Shown in pieces: positions 55,448 through 64,000 of a stretch of 64,000 nucleotides of DNA. Source of the stretch: Opitutales bacterium (GTDB lineage: Bacteria > Verrucomicrobiota > Verrucomicrobiia > Opitutales > JABSRG01). The stretch is from NCBI GenBank assembly GCA_049599475.1, contig JBMYOQ010000014.1:1-64000 (forward strand), in the 5' to 3' direction. Made by a program: the position numbers and the translations under genes. The first letter of the stretch is position 1; each line of letters begins with the position of its first letter. A model generated the notes under the pieces. The model was not told the origin of the DNA. It was given only the letters and a program-made list of their open reading frames with translations, and made no database searches.

Positions 55448-57460
55448 ATGGCCAATCGATTAGCTAACGCATCCAGTCTCTATCTCAAGCAGCACGCTGA
55501 CAATCCTGTCGATTGGTGGCCGTGGTGTGAGGAGGCATTCGAGGAGGCAAAGAAGCGAGATGTCCCCGTGCTCATATCGATCGGATACTCGGCCTGCCAC
55601 TGGTGTCATGTAATGGCTCACGAGTCCTTCGAATCGGATTATATCGCGAAGCTCATGAATCGGTACTTGGTCAATATCAAGGTCGACCGCGAAGAGCGCC
55701 CGGATGTCGACCACATCTATATGGAGGCCGTGCAGATGATGAACCAGAGTGGTGGGTGGCCTTTGAATGTCTTCTGTTTGCCGGATGGACGTCCATTCTA
55801 CGGAGGTACCTACTTCCCGCCGGACGAAAAGCGAGGGATGCAAGTTATGCCGTGGCCGCAAATGGTTATGCGGGTGGCAGAGTTTTATAAAAAGAGCCGA
55901 GAGGATTGTGAAAACAACGCTGAGGCCGTCGTGAGAAACTTAGAGCACCTCAGTGATGCCTATGTCCGCCAGGCAAAGCCATGGGACCCGCAGCTTTTGT
56001 TTGATGCCGCCGATCACATCAATCAACGCCATGACGACGAATACGGTGGATTTGGTGGAGCGCCCAAGTTTCCTCCATCGATGACTTTGGATTTCCTCCT
56101 TGCTATTCGGAATACGCGGACCTGTTCCAATGACACGGAAAAATCGGAACGTATTGATAAGGTTGTGAACACGACTCTTCATGCTATGGCGCATGGAGGG
56201 ATTTTTGATCAGTTTGGAGGAGGCTTCTGCCGCTACTCGGTGGATAAGTATTGGTTGATACCTCATTTTGAAAAGATGGGATATGACAATGGGTTGCTTC
56301 TCGATGTATTCGCGAAGGCTTTCCATCAGTATCAGGATGCGCTTTATCCCTTGATAATGGAGGAGACGATCGGATGGTTGGTCCGCGAGATGGCCTCTGA
56401 TAACGGAGGGTTTTACTCGGCGATTGATGCTGACGCAGGAGGTGAAGAGGGTGTTTTCTATTGCTGGAATCAGGATCAGATCAAGGAAGTGCTGGGTGAC
56501 GAACTTGGAGCCACTGTCTGTGAGACTTACCTTATCACCGAGAAAGGTACGTTTGAAGGAGGGCTCTCCAATCCTGCATTAGCCACGAGCGATCTTGAGC
56601 AGCGTCAAAAGCTCTTTGATGCGCGCATGCAATTGCTGGCTCAGCGCGAAAAGCGTGAGAAGCCAGGCGTGGACACCAAGCGACTCGCATCTTGGAATGC
56701 TCTGTTGATGCGAGGGATTGCTGAGGCGGGGTTCGCCCTCGGGCGCGCAGAATGGGTTGGGCTTGCCGAGGCCACGGGAGAATGGCTCTGGGCTGAGATG
56801 ATTGATAGCGAGGGGGAAATTTTCCCTGTTGCTTATGCTGATGGTCCTACTGGTGTGGGCACCCTGAATGACTATGCCTACATCGCGGAGGCTTTTCTGT
56901 CCTTAGCCTCCCGCATAGAACTGTTTGCGCCAGGAAGTTCAATGAAATGGGTGGATCGGGCTCAGGTGATCGTCGATCGGGCCATTGATAAATTTCACGA
57001 CTCCGTAAATCCCGGTTTTTTCCTTTCTAATGAAGGCCAACCGAACTTAATCGTTCGCAAGAAGGAATGGCATGATAGCGCAATCCCTTCGGCGAATGCT
57101 GGGATGTTGCATGCTCTATCATCACTCTCAGCTATAACAGGCGATGGGCGTTATCGGGAAATTTACCAGAACGTAGTAGACCTCTATCCGGCGTTGATAT
57201 CACAAGTATCGAGTGCGGCGTCTCACGGGATGGCGGCAATTGTTCGGGACCTTACCGGAGTGGCGGTTGTGCGGACTAATGGTGCTGAGCAGTATTACGC
57301 GGATATTATCGAAGGGATGAGTGCCAAGCCTTGGAGGCGGGTGTTTTTCCTTCCCGCTGAGAATCTGGATCAAGCCGACGGATTCCAGCTATGTGTGGGG
57401 CAGCATTGTTCGGTCCCTACAACGCAAATAGATCAACTCTTCGAGCAATTGTTGGGTTAA
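55448..57460 (+). CDS. Thioredoxin domain-containing protein (YyaL/SSP411/SPATA20 family)
   Basis: [51 protein letters not shown]; start 55421 or 55448. Confidence 0.92.
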   Translation: MANRLANASSLYLKQHADNPVDWWPWCEEAFEEAKKRDVPVLISIGYSACHWCHVMAHESFESDYIAKLMNRYLVNIKVDREERPDVDHIYMEAVQMMNQSGGWPLNVFCLPDGRPFYGGTYFPPDEKRGMQVMPWPQMVMRVAEFYKKSREDCENNAEAVVRNLEHLSDAYVRQAKPWDPQLLFDAADHINQRHDDEYGGFGGAPKFPPSMTLDFLLAIRNTRTCSNDTEKSERIDKVVNTTLHAMAHGGIFDQFGGGFCRYSVDKYWLIPHFEKMGYDNGLLLDVFAKAFHQYQDALYPLIMEETIGWLVREMASDNGGFYSAIDADAGGEEGVFYCWNQDQIKEVLGDELGATVCETYLITEKGTFEGGLSNPALATSDLEQRQKLFDARMQLLAQREKREKPGVDTKRLASWNALLMRGIAEAGFALGRAEWVGLAEATGEWLWAEMIDSEGEIFPVAYADGPTGVGTLNDYAYIAEAFLSLASRIELFAPGSSMKWVDRAQVIVDRAIDKFHDSVNPGFFLSNEGQPNLIVRKKEWHDSAIPSANAGMLHALSSLSAITGDGRYREIYQNVVDLYPALISQVSSAASHGMAAIVRDLTGVAVVRTNGAEQYYADIIEGMSAKPWRRVFFLPAENLDQADGFQLCVGQHCSVPTTQIDQLFEQLLG

Positions 57461-57675
57461 GTGTTCAGACCTCCGCCCGTAATTGCTTTTGATAATGCAA
57501 TATATGGGAATGAAGTTTTTGGGAGATGAGCAGATGCTTTACTTTCTTTTTACAAAAAAAAGAGATTTTACTTGTCAGTGGCTTGCGCTGAGTAGATGCA
57601 TAGTAACGTCGCATTCCTCTCTTTCCTCCCCTGTCTTTCTGATTCCCTGTCATCTCGACCGAATTACCTCCGCTC

Positions 57676-58734
57676 ATGATTAAAGCGAAAGCTAAAGGCG
57701 TATACCTTTGCGTGACTGAACAAACAGTTTTCGGTGCGAGGACCTCGGCTGGTAGTGCTCCCTTCGAGATCGAGGAGGTATTTTCGATTCCGAAGGATGA
57801 AAAGGAGAAGGTCGCTGAGAAAATTTCTGGCTTCGTGGATGCAAAATCGAACAATTACGTAGTGAGTAACGTCGGTGTTTCACCGCTCAGTCGCTTCATT
57901 CGTGTTTTCGATTTGGATACAAGTGCGCGGAAGAAAAACGCCGACTACTATACTGATCTTCTGAAATCTCAATTCAGGATCGATCCGGAGTCGCATGCTG
58001 TTGGAATAATAGAGGCAGACTCAGGAGCTGAGGCCGACTTGGACAAAGGTGTCATCAAGCGCCTGATGTTTTGCGGTGCATCCAGCGAAGAGTTGAGTCA
58101 GCAGCAAAATGAATTGGTGGATATGTATGTGTATCCTCAAACATTAGAGATCTCTTCGATTTCTACGCTGGGGGCGATTGTGGATTACACGAAGCGCTTT
58201 AAGGTGGATGGCGCGATCTTGATGCTTGAGATGTCTACCGAGTCGAGCCAGGCCTTCATTGTTCGCGAAGGTCGGGTTGATGTTACACGCCCGATTCCTT
58301 ATGGCATCAATAGCATGATACCCGTGGTTCGCCAAGAGCTCGGCCTCAAGGATGAAGAGTCGGCGAAGAAATTGTTTTTCTCGAACACCTTCGATTTCAC
58401 TGAAGTCGGCCCGAAACTGTTGCGTAAACTCATTCGAGAGCTTCAGGCCTCGACTGGATTTTATGAGGTGCAAACAGGGCAGACCATCAGCAAGCTTTTC
58501 CTTCCCCAGCTGCCCACCAAGTTGTCGTGGGTTCGTCAAGTTTTGGCGGAAACTCTGGGAGTCGAGGAGCTCGACATGCAATCTTTAGAATGGCTGAAAC
58601 AACATGGAGTGGAATTAGGGGCACAGGTCGACCCTGATACATTCGATGATGAGTGGTTTGGCCTCGTTTCCCTAATTTGCCCTTTCCAAGAAGCAGTCCC
58701 AAATGGCGAAGAAAAAGCAGAACAGCCATCTTAA
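57676..58734 (+). CDS. PilM-like cytoplasmic assembly protein (divergent)
   Basis: Actin-like C-terminal pattern (TRPIPYG, LIRELQASTGFYEVQTG); first gene of a pilMNOPQ-like operon. Confidence 0.65.
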   Translation: MIKAKAKGVYLCVTEQTVFGARTSAGSAPFEIEEVFSIPKDEKEKVAEKISGFVDAKSNNYVVSNVGVSPLSRFIRVFDLDTSARKKNADYYTDLLKSQFRIDPESHAVGIIEADSGAEADLDKGVIKRLMFCGASSEELSQQQNELVDMYVYPQTLEISSISTLGAIVDYTKRFKVDGAILMLEMSTESSQAFIVREGRVDVTRPIPYGINSMIPVVRQELGLKDEESAKKLFFSNTFDFTEVGPKLLRKLIRELQASTGFYEVQTGQTISKLFLPQLPTKLSWVRQVLAETLGVEELDMQSLEWLKQHGVELGAQVDPDTFDDEWFGLVSLICPFQEAVPNGEEKAEQPS

Positions 58735-59320
58735 CTGGCATCCAGATTTCCGGGTAGAGTCTGAGCTGCCGGATATCAAAATTGTAAGGACCGATTTTAT
58801 CGTAAATGGAATCGCGGGTTTTGTCGCGCTAGTTGCCTTAGTATTGGTCGTTACGCGCGAAGTGGACCTTCGTTCAATGCATGGTAATTTGAGCGATTTG
58901 AAGGCGGAGGTGGCATCTCTCGAGCAAGGGAACGCCGAAAATCTAAAGGACAGTAAATTGTTCAAGGACACGGCTCCGTTGATCACGGATATAGAGAAGT
59001 TTAAGCTATATTCAGTCGAGCCAATCCAGACTGTCATGGCAATTTCTGAAATATTACCAGATGGAGTTCTGTTAGAGAGCCTGAGATTTAATGAGGTCTC
59101 ACGCCAGGTCAAGAAACGCTCCTTTCCTGCTTATCGCCTTAAGCTTTCCGGCGTGGCACCTAGCCTGGAGGCAATAACTGTTTTGAAAGAGTCTTTGGAA
59201 GTGTTGGAGTTGTTTTCAGGATATCCGAGCAATGTCGTCGAACGTCCCTCTCCACGTGACGAGGCTACTGGTTTCTTCAACTTCCAAATCGATGTATCCA
59301 TAAACCCAGAATTTAAATGA
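58703..59320 (+). CDS. PilN-like inner membrane protein
   Basis: Single TM helix, coiled coil, ILPDGVLLESL...LSGVA pattern; operon position. Confidence 0.6.
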   Translation: MAKKKQNSHLNWHPDFRVESELPDIKIVRTDFIVNGIAGFVALVALVLVVTREVDLRSMHGNLSDLKAEVASLEQGNAENLKDSKLFKDTAPLITDIEKFKLYSVEPIQTVMAISEILPDGVLLESLRFNEVSRQVKKRSFPAYRLKLSGVAPSLEAITVLKESLEVLELFSGYPSNVVERPSPRDEATGFFNFQIDVSINPEFK

Positions 59321-59889
59321 ACGCTCAAGACATACTTAGAAAGATTTTGAGTTACCCCATTGCCTTGGGGTCTGTAATTTTGGCAGTAGTATTGATCGCG
59401 ATATTTGTCTTCAGGGGATTGGGTATCGAAGAGCTGGAACAATCGATTCTCGATAGTAAAAGAACACGTGATACATTAAGTTCGAATCGAAAAAATTCTT
59501 TTGGGCTGAAAGAAGATCTCGAAAAATTGAGTGAGCTAGAAAGCTTGATCGATGATATGTCTTTGGTCTCTGAAGAAAGGTCTGCAAACATCGCTTACTT
59601 CTATGATTTTGAGGAGAAGCAAGCTGCTGACATGGTATCGATCTCACAGAAGGGCGTGATCGCCCCGAATAGCAATACATCTATGTTTACTAACTTAGAG
59701 TCTAGGGCACTAATCCCTTTTGATTTGAGTATAACTGGCACATTCAATGAAGCTTTGTCCTATGCATATAATCTAAGCACAGGCGAAAAGATCGCTCGAA
59801 TAACAGCAATCAATTTGGGAACATCACCGAGCCTTGACGGCACGGTGAGTATGGATTTGAACGTATTAATACTAGGAGAAGGAAAATGA
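59317..59889 (+). CDS. PilO-like inner membrane protein
   Basis: Single TM helix, coiled coil, IPFDLSITGTFNE pattern; operon position. Confidence 0.6.
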   Translation: MNAQDILRKILSYPIALGSVILAVVLIAIFVFRGLGIEELEQSILDSKRTRDTLSSNRKNSFGLKEDLEKLSELESLIDDMSLVSEERSANIAYFYDFEEKQAADMVSISQKGVIAPNSNTSMFTNLESRALIPFDLSITGTFNEALSYAYNLSTGEKIARITAINLGTSPSLDGTVSMDLNVLILGEGK

Positions 59890-60446
59890 AGTCTCTGGTA
59901 TGTCTGGTATCATTGTTTGTTGGTTTTCTGGCCGCGGGTGTAGTTTTCGCTGAAGAGGAAAAAGTGATATCGCTTCAAATACGGCTATCGGGTTCGAAAA
60001 ACCAGGTCGTTAGCGCGAAACAGCGGGCTCGTGCTTTAGAAATTGTAGAGTCCGCCCTGCAGAATGTGCACTTAAAAGGGGTCGATTCGATGGACGGAGT
60101 CGTTGATCCCTTCTACCCCGAACAGCCCGAGGAAGAGGTTGTGGTAGTTGTGCGCGAAGTCTTGGAAATCGAGCCTGAGCCTGAACCCGTTGGAATCGAT
60201 CCTATGGATGTGCTCAAATCTGCGGGAGAAGAGTTGAAGGGGAGGGTTCGCGGTACCCTTTCGGCAGGGGCGAATACCTTTATCACCACTGCTGATGGAA
60301 GCTTTATTGGAGTTGGTACAGAAATTCCCTACAGATTCGAGGACGAATCATTTGTATTAACTGTAGACCAAGTATCAGATAAATTTTTCACCATACGTCT
60401 CGAAAATGTGCGGCGCCGAGTTAGCATACTCGATGCTGCTAGATAA
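59886..60446 (+). CDS. PilP-like periplasmic protein
   Basis: Signal peptide, DPF motif, C-terminal beta-domain; directly upstream of the secretin. Confidence 0.5.
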   Translation: MKSLVCLVSLFVGFLAAGVVFAEEEKVISLQIRLSGSKNQVVSAKQRARALEIVESALQNVHLKGVDSMDGVVDPFYPEQPEEEVVVVVREVLEIEPEPEPVGIDPMDVLKSAGEELKGRVRGTLSAGANTFITTADGSFIGVGTEIPYRFEDESFVLTVDQVSDKFFTIRLENVRRRVSILDAAR

Positions 60447-60467
60447 CACCTCTTCCCGCCAAGTGAT

Positions 60468-62570
60468 ATGAATTCGCTACCTTGTAATTCGATGCTCAAA
60501 ACACCCAAACTACAAATCGCTCGCACTATTGCTGTGGCTTGCGCTACTCCAATAATTCTCTTTGGGCAGACTGAGAAAAATGCCCCTGCGGAGGAGGAAA
60601 TTCTCATTGAATTACCTCAGATCGCAGAGACGCCCACTCCTGCTGTCGAGCAAAACCAGGCCCCTGAAGCAGTTGCAACTGAGCCTATTCCGGTGAATTG
60701 GGTGGGAGAAGAGACGCCTTCTGTCGCTCCGGTAGTGATTGACGCAACTCAACCTGATGCTTCTCCTACTGTTACACCAGAAATTGTGAATATACCTGAA
60801 CTTGCGCCTCAACTCTCCCCTGAGGAGGAGGTAATCATGCAGCTTCCGCAAGGTGGCGCCCCGGCGCCAGTATTCGGTGATGAAGAAACGATCTCTGTAA
60901 ATTATCTCGATGAAGAAGTCGCAACCGTTTTGCGAAATGTAGCCCTTTTATATGATCTGAATCTGGTGGTTCCCGATTCGCTCGCGGGTCGAATTTCGTT
61001 GAAATTGAGCAACGTCACCTGGCGACAGGTCTTCGAAGTTGTCCTCGAGTCGACTGGTTTTACCTATATTGAAGAAGCGAACATTATCAAAATAAGGAGT
61101 ATTGAAGACTTAGCCGTAGAGCCCGTGGATACTCGCGTTTTTATAATTAACTTTGCGAATGCTACCGAGATATCTAGTTCAGTGTCTCCATTGATAAATA
61201 CCGGAGCGGGTGGACGGATCCAAGTGGATAACCGTTCGAATGCGTTAATCATTACAGAGCGTCCTTCGAGGATGAATAAAATACAGGAAATTATTGAGCG
61301 CTTGGACCGCGAAACACTACAAGTTAAGATCGAATCGAAATTCATTGAGGTGACTGACCGGGATGCCTCGAACATTGGCCTTAATTGGACATCTCTGAAT
61401 GGTTTTCAGGTTGGAACGAGTCCTCTGACTAGAACCCTGACGAGTGGAGTGGAAGAAGTTGTTTCGTTTACCAATAATGGACCCTCTGAGAATTGGGTTT
61501 TTCCGGGACAGGAATATGCAGACAGCGTTGCTGCGGGACGAGGAGGCGCCCCTTACTATCTCCCTGAGGATCAGTATTTTTATTCAGAATTTGAACGGGT
61601 AGATGTTTCGGCAGTGGATGGTGACGGAAATTTCCTACGTGATGATGCAGGGGAAATCATCACCGAGCCTGATATCGAATATACCTTGGGTGCTTACACT
61701 CCTCCAGTATCGAGCTTAACCAACACGCGATCATTCGCTAGGACGGATTCGGTAGTTATGACAGCCGACGGTTTTAACGTTGTCTTAAGCGCGCTCGAAA
61801 CTCTCACAGACGTTAAGCTCGTTTCTAATCCCACTATTGTAACTCTCAATAACGAGTCAGCACTCATTTCTATTGGTGAGCGCTTTCCGATACCAAGCTA
61901 CACGTACAACGATGAGCGCGGTACTTATGAAATCAGCAATTTCGAATATGAAGACATTGGTATTAATTTAGAGGTTACGCCTCAGGTGAATAGTGCCGGA
62001 TTTATCAATCTGGATATTTTGCCAGAGGTTTCGTCGCGCCAAGGAACGGTTGCTTTTGGCGGGGCCAGTGGAGCTGAAATTCCAATCATTGCGAGCCGTC
62101 GAACTGAGACTAAAGTGACGATTAAGGATGGTTACACATTGGCTCTAGGCGGTCTTATGGAGACCGAAACATCCAAAGATGGAACAAAGGTTCCGATTCT
62201 CGGAGATTTGCCTCTTTTGGGTAAGCTTTTCCGTAGCGAGTCGAATTCGATGCAGTCTCGTAATCTTATCATCTTTATTACCGCGAAAACACTTTCGCCT
62301 GACGGTAGCGACTATCGCGATGTGATCGATCCTCGGATGCTAAATGCGATGGGTATCCGCGAATCCGAAATCCCTGGATACTCGCTTACGGATGATGAGC
62401 GCCAGGCGCTTAATAGTATCCAGCGTTCGCGCGACGATATTGACTTGCAGAAAACGATCGCTGCGCGCCGCGCAGAGCTTGAGAAATTAGAAGCCGCTCA
62501 GACATACATCCAGGAGCAGAAAGATGGAACTGCTGAGGAGATCGATGAAGAGTGGTGGAGAAAGGACTAA
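60468..62570 (+). CDS. pilQ: Secretin (PilQ/GspD family)
   Basis: N0/N3 domains (DNRSNALII), QVKIESKFIEV, SNPTIVTLNN, GINLEVTPQVN, KVPILGDLPLLGKLF, NLIIFIT. Confidence 0.88.
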   Translation: MNSLPCNSMLKTPKLQIARTIAVACATPIILFGQTEKNAPAEEEILIELPQIAETPTPAVEQNQAPEAVATEPIPVNWVGEETPSVAPVVIDATQPDASPTVTPEIVNIPELAPQLSPEEEVIMQLPQGGAPAPVFGDEETISVNYLDEEVATVLRNVALLYDLNLVVPDSLAGRISLKLSNVTWRQVFEVVLESTGFTYIEEANIIKIRSIEDLAVEPVDTRVFIINFANATEISSSVSPLINTGAGGRIQVDNRSNALIITERPSRMNKIQEIIERLDRETLQVKIESKFIEVTDRDASNIGLNWTSLNGFQVGTSPLTRTLTSGVEEVVSFTNNGPSENWVFPGQEYADSVAAGRGGAPYYLPEDQYFYSEFERVDVSAVDGDGNFLRDDAGEIITEPDIEYTLGAYTPPVSSLTNTRSFARTDSVVMTADGFNVVLSALETLTDVKLVSNPTIVTLNNESALISIGERFPIPSYTYNDERGTYEISNFEYEDIGINLEVTPQVNSAGFINLDILPEVSSRQGTVAFGGASGAEIPIIASRRTETKVTIKDGYTLALGGLMETETSKDGTKVPILGDLPLLGKLFRSESNSMQSRNLIIFITAKTLSPDGSDYRDVIDPRMLNAMGIRESEIPGYSLTDDERQALNSIQRSRDDIDLQKTIAARRAELEKLEAAQTYIQEQKDGTAEEIDEEWWRKD

Positions 62571-62615
62571 GCCTGTCCTCTTCAACTTCGCAGTAACCGC
62601 GCGATGTTAAACATT

Positions 62616-62651
62616 AAAACCCGAATGAGCTCTGGCTGATTCGGGTTTTTT
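62616..62651. terminator. Bidirectional intrinsic terminator
   Basis: AAAACCCGAAT-GAGCTCTGGCTG-ATTCGGGTTTTTT between convergent pilQ and mqo. Confidence 0.8.
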
Positions 62652-62695
62652 GTTGCATTTATTTTCCCTCAAAACGCACGGCTTGAGGATATCTC

Positions 62696-64000
62696 TTAAG
62701 CCTTCAGACCGAGTTGTGTATCCACTTTTTCATGGATCTCTGCGAAGGTTTCTGGGTCGTCTGCGAGCTTAGTGCCGTATGAGGGAACAAGTTCCTTCAT
62801 TTTCACTTTCCAAGCGTCCGATTTCAATTCTTCGGTAAAACATTTCTCCAGAAGCTCGAGCATGATTGAGGTCGCAGTGGACGCTCCAGGGGATGCTCCA
62901 AGAAGCGCTGCGATCGATCCATCTCCGGCTACGACTTCTGTCCCGAATTGAAGCACGCCGCCCTTTTTCGGATCCTTTTTAATGATCTGCACGCGTTGGC
63001 CTGCGTTTTCCAAACGCCATTCATCGGACTTTGCATCAGGGAAAAAATCGCGCAGAGCGTTCATGCGGTCTTCGTGAGACTGCATGACTTGCCCAATCAG
63101 ATACTTCGTGAGGTCCATGTTGTCCTTGCCCACTGCGAGCATCGGTATGATGTTGTCGGGCGTGATGGATAGGAAAAGGTCTAGATTGGAGCCTTCCTTG
63201 AGAAACTTCGGAGTCCACCCTGCATAGGGGCCAAACAGAATTTCACGCTTGCCGTCGATCACACGAGTATCGAGGTGTGGGACAGACATCGGTGGTGCGC
63301 CGACTTCGGCCTTCCCGTAGATCTTAGCGAAGTGTTTCTCGACGATTTCTGGATTCGAACAAATGAGCCATTGTCCACTAACAGGGAATCCACCAAAGCC
63401 TTTACCTTCCGAAATGTTGGACTTTTGAAGGAGTTTTAAGGCTCCGCCTCCACCTCCAATGAAAACGAATTTGGCCTTCACAGTCTGAGTGCTTCCAGCC
63501 TTCAGGTCCTTTACGCTTACATGCCAGATTCCACTGATCTTCTTGAGATTTGTTACCACGTGGCGGGTTTTAAGCGTCACGCCATCACGCGATTCTAAAT
63601 CCTCGAACAACGAACGTGTGAGTGAGCCGAAGTTCACATCCGTTCCACCTTCAATCGTTGTTAGTCCAAATGCTTCAGAGCGATCGCGGCCATGGGTCAG
63701 GAGAGGTGCCCATTTCTCTGCAGTTTCCCAGTCGGTAGTATATTCCATGTCTGCGAAGAAATGATGGGCCTTCATTGCAGTGTAGCGGTTGTAGAGAAAT
63801 TTCTGACTAGCTTCTCCGCGGACGAAACTCATGTGAGGCACTCGATTGAGAAACGACGCTTTGTCCTTCAACACTCCTTTGTTCAGAAGGTAGCACCAGA
63901 ACTGTTTCGACTGCTCAAATTTCTCGTAGATACCGATCGCTTTGTTGATGTCTACGGAGCCGTCCTTGTTTTCTTTGGTGTAGTTCAGCTCACACAAAGC
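62696..64000 (-). CDS. mqo: Malate:quinone oxidoreductase (5' end beyond window)
   Basis: [50 protein letters not shown]. Confidence 0.95.
   Translation of the reverse strand, partial: ALCELNYTKENKDGSVDINKAIGIYEKFEQSKQFWCYLLNKGVLKDKASFLNRVPHMSFVRGEASQKFLYNRYTAMKAHHFFADMEYTTDWETAEKWAPLLTHGRDRSEAFGLTTIEGGTDVNFGSLTRSLFEDLESRDGVTLKTRHVVTNLKKISGIWHVSVKDLKAGSTQTVKAKFVFIGGGGGALKLLQKSNISEGKGFGGFPVSGQWLICSNPEIVEKHFAKIYGKAEVGAPPMSVPHLDTRVIDGKREILFGPYAGWTPKFLKEGSNLDLFLSITPDNIIPMLAVGKDNMDLTKYLIGQVMQSHEDRMNALRDFFPDAKSDEWRLENAGQRVQIIKKDPKKGGVLQFGTEVVAGDGSIAALLGASPGASTATSIMLELLEKCFTEELKSDAWKVKMKELVPSYGTKLADDPETFAEIHEKVDTQLGLKA

Overview
Bacterial chromosomal window, most likely Verrucomicrobiota (Opitutales/Puniceicoccaceae-like). 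This is inferred from the rplY-pth-rpsF-ssb-rplI block lacking rpsR, the dnaB-bamA-skp order, divergent pilMNOPQ-like genes and the C-terminal motifs of the secreted proteins. The left part (1 to ~38.8 kb) is an accessory-looking patchwork: a PhnDCE-type ABC transporter, REP/MITE-like hairpins, a 2307-aa secreted beta-propeller/diheme protein, DUF350 plus a lytic transglycosylase, an Ig-esterase, ggt followed by an AT-rich gene flanked by a 40-bp duplication of the ggt 3' end, an RND efflux operon, transporters, hydrolases and tRNA-Asn. It ends with a three-gene operon encoding a transglutaminase-like/7TM/ATP-grasp fusion, a TPR protein and an outer-membrane beta-barrel, which is the best candidate for an undescribed system (peptide-polymer synthesis and export). 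The right part (39-64 kb) is mostly housekeeping (ribosomal proteins, dnaB, bamA, skp, his genes, gltA, udg, type IV pilus/secretin module, mqo), interrupted by a stand-alone tandem NarX/PilJ-type sensor-domain gene. All family assignments come from motif recognition by eye; no database searches were run.
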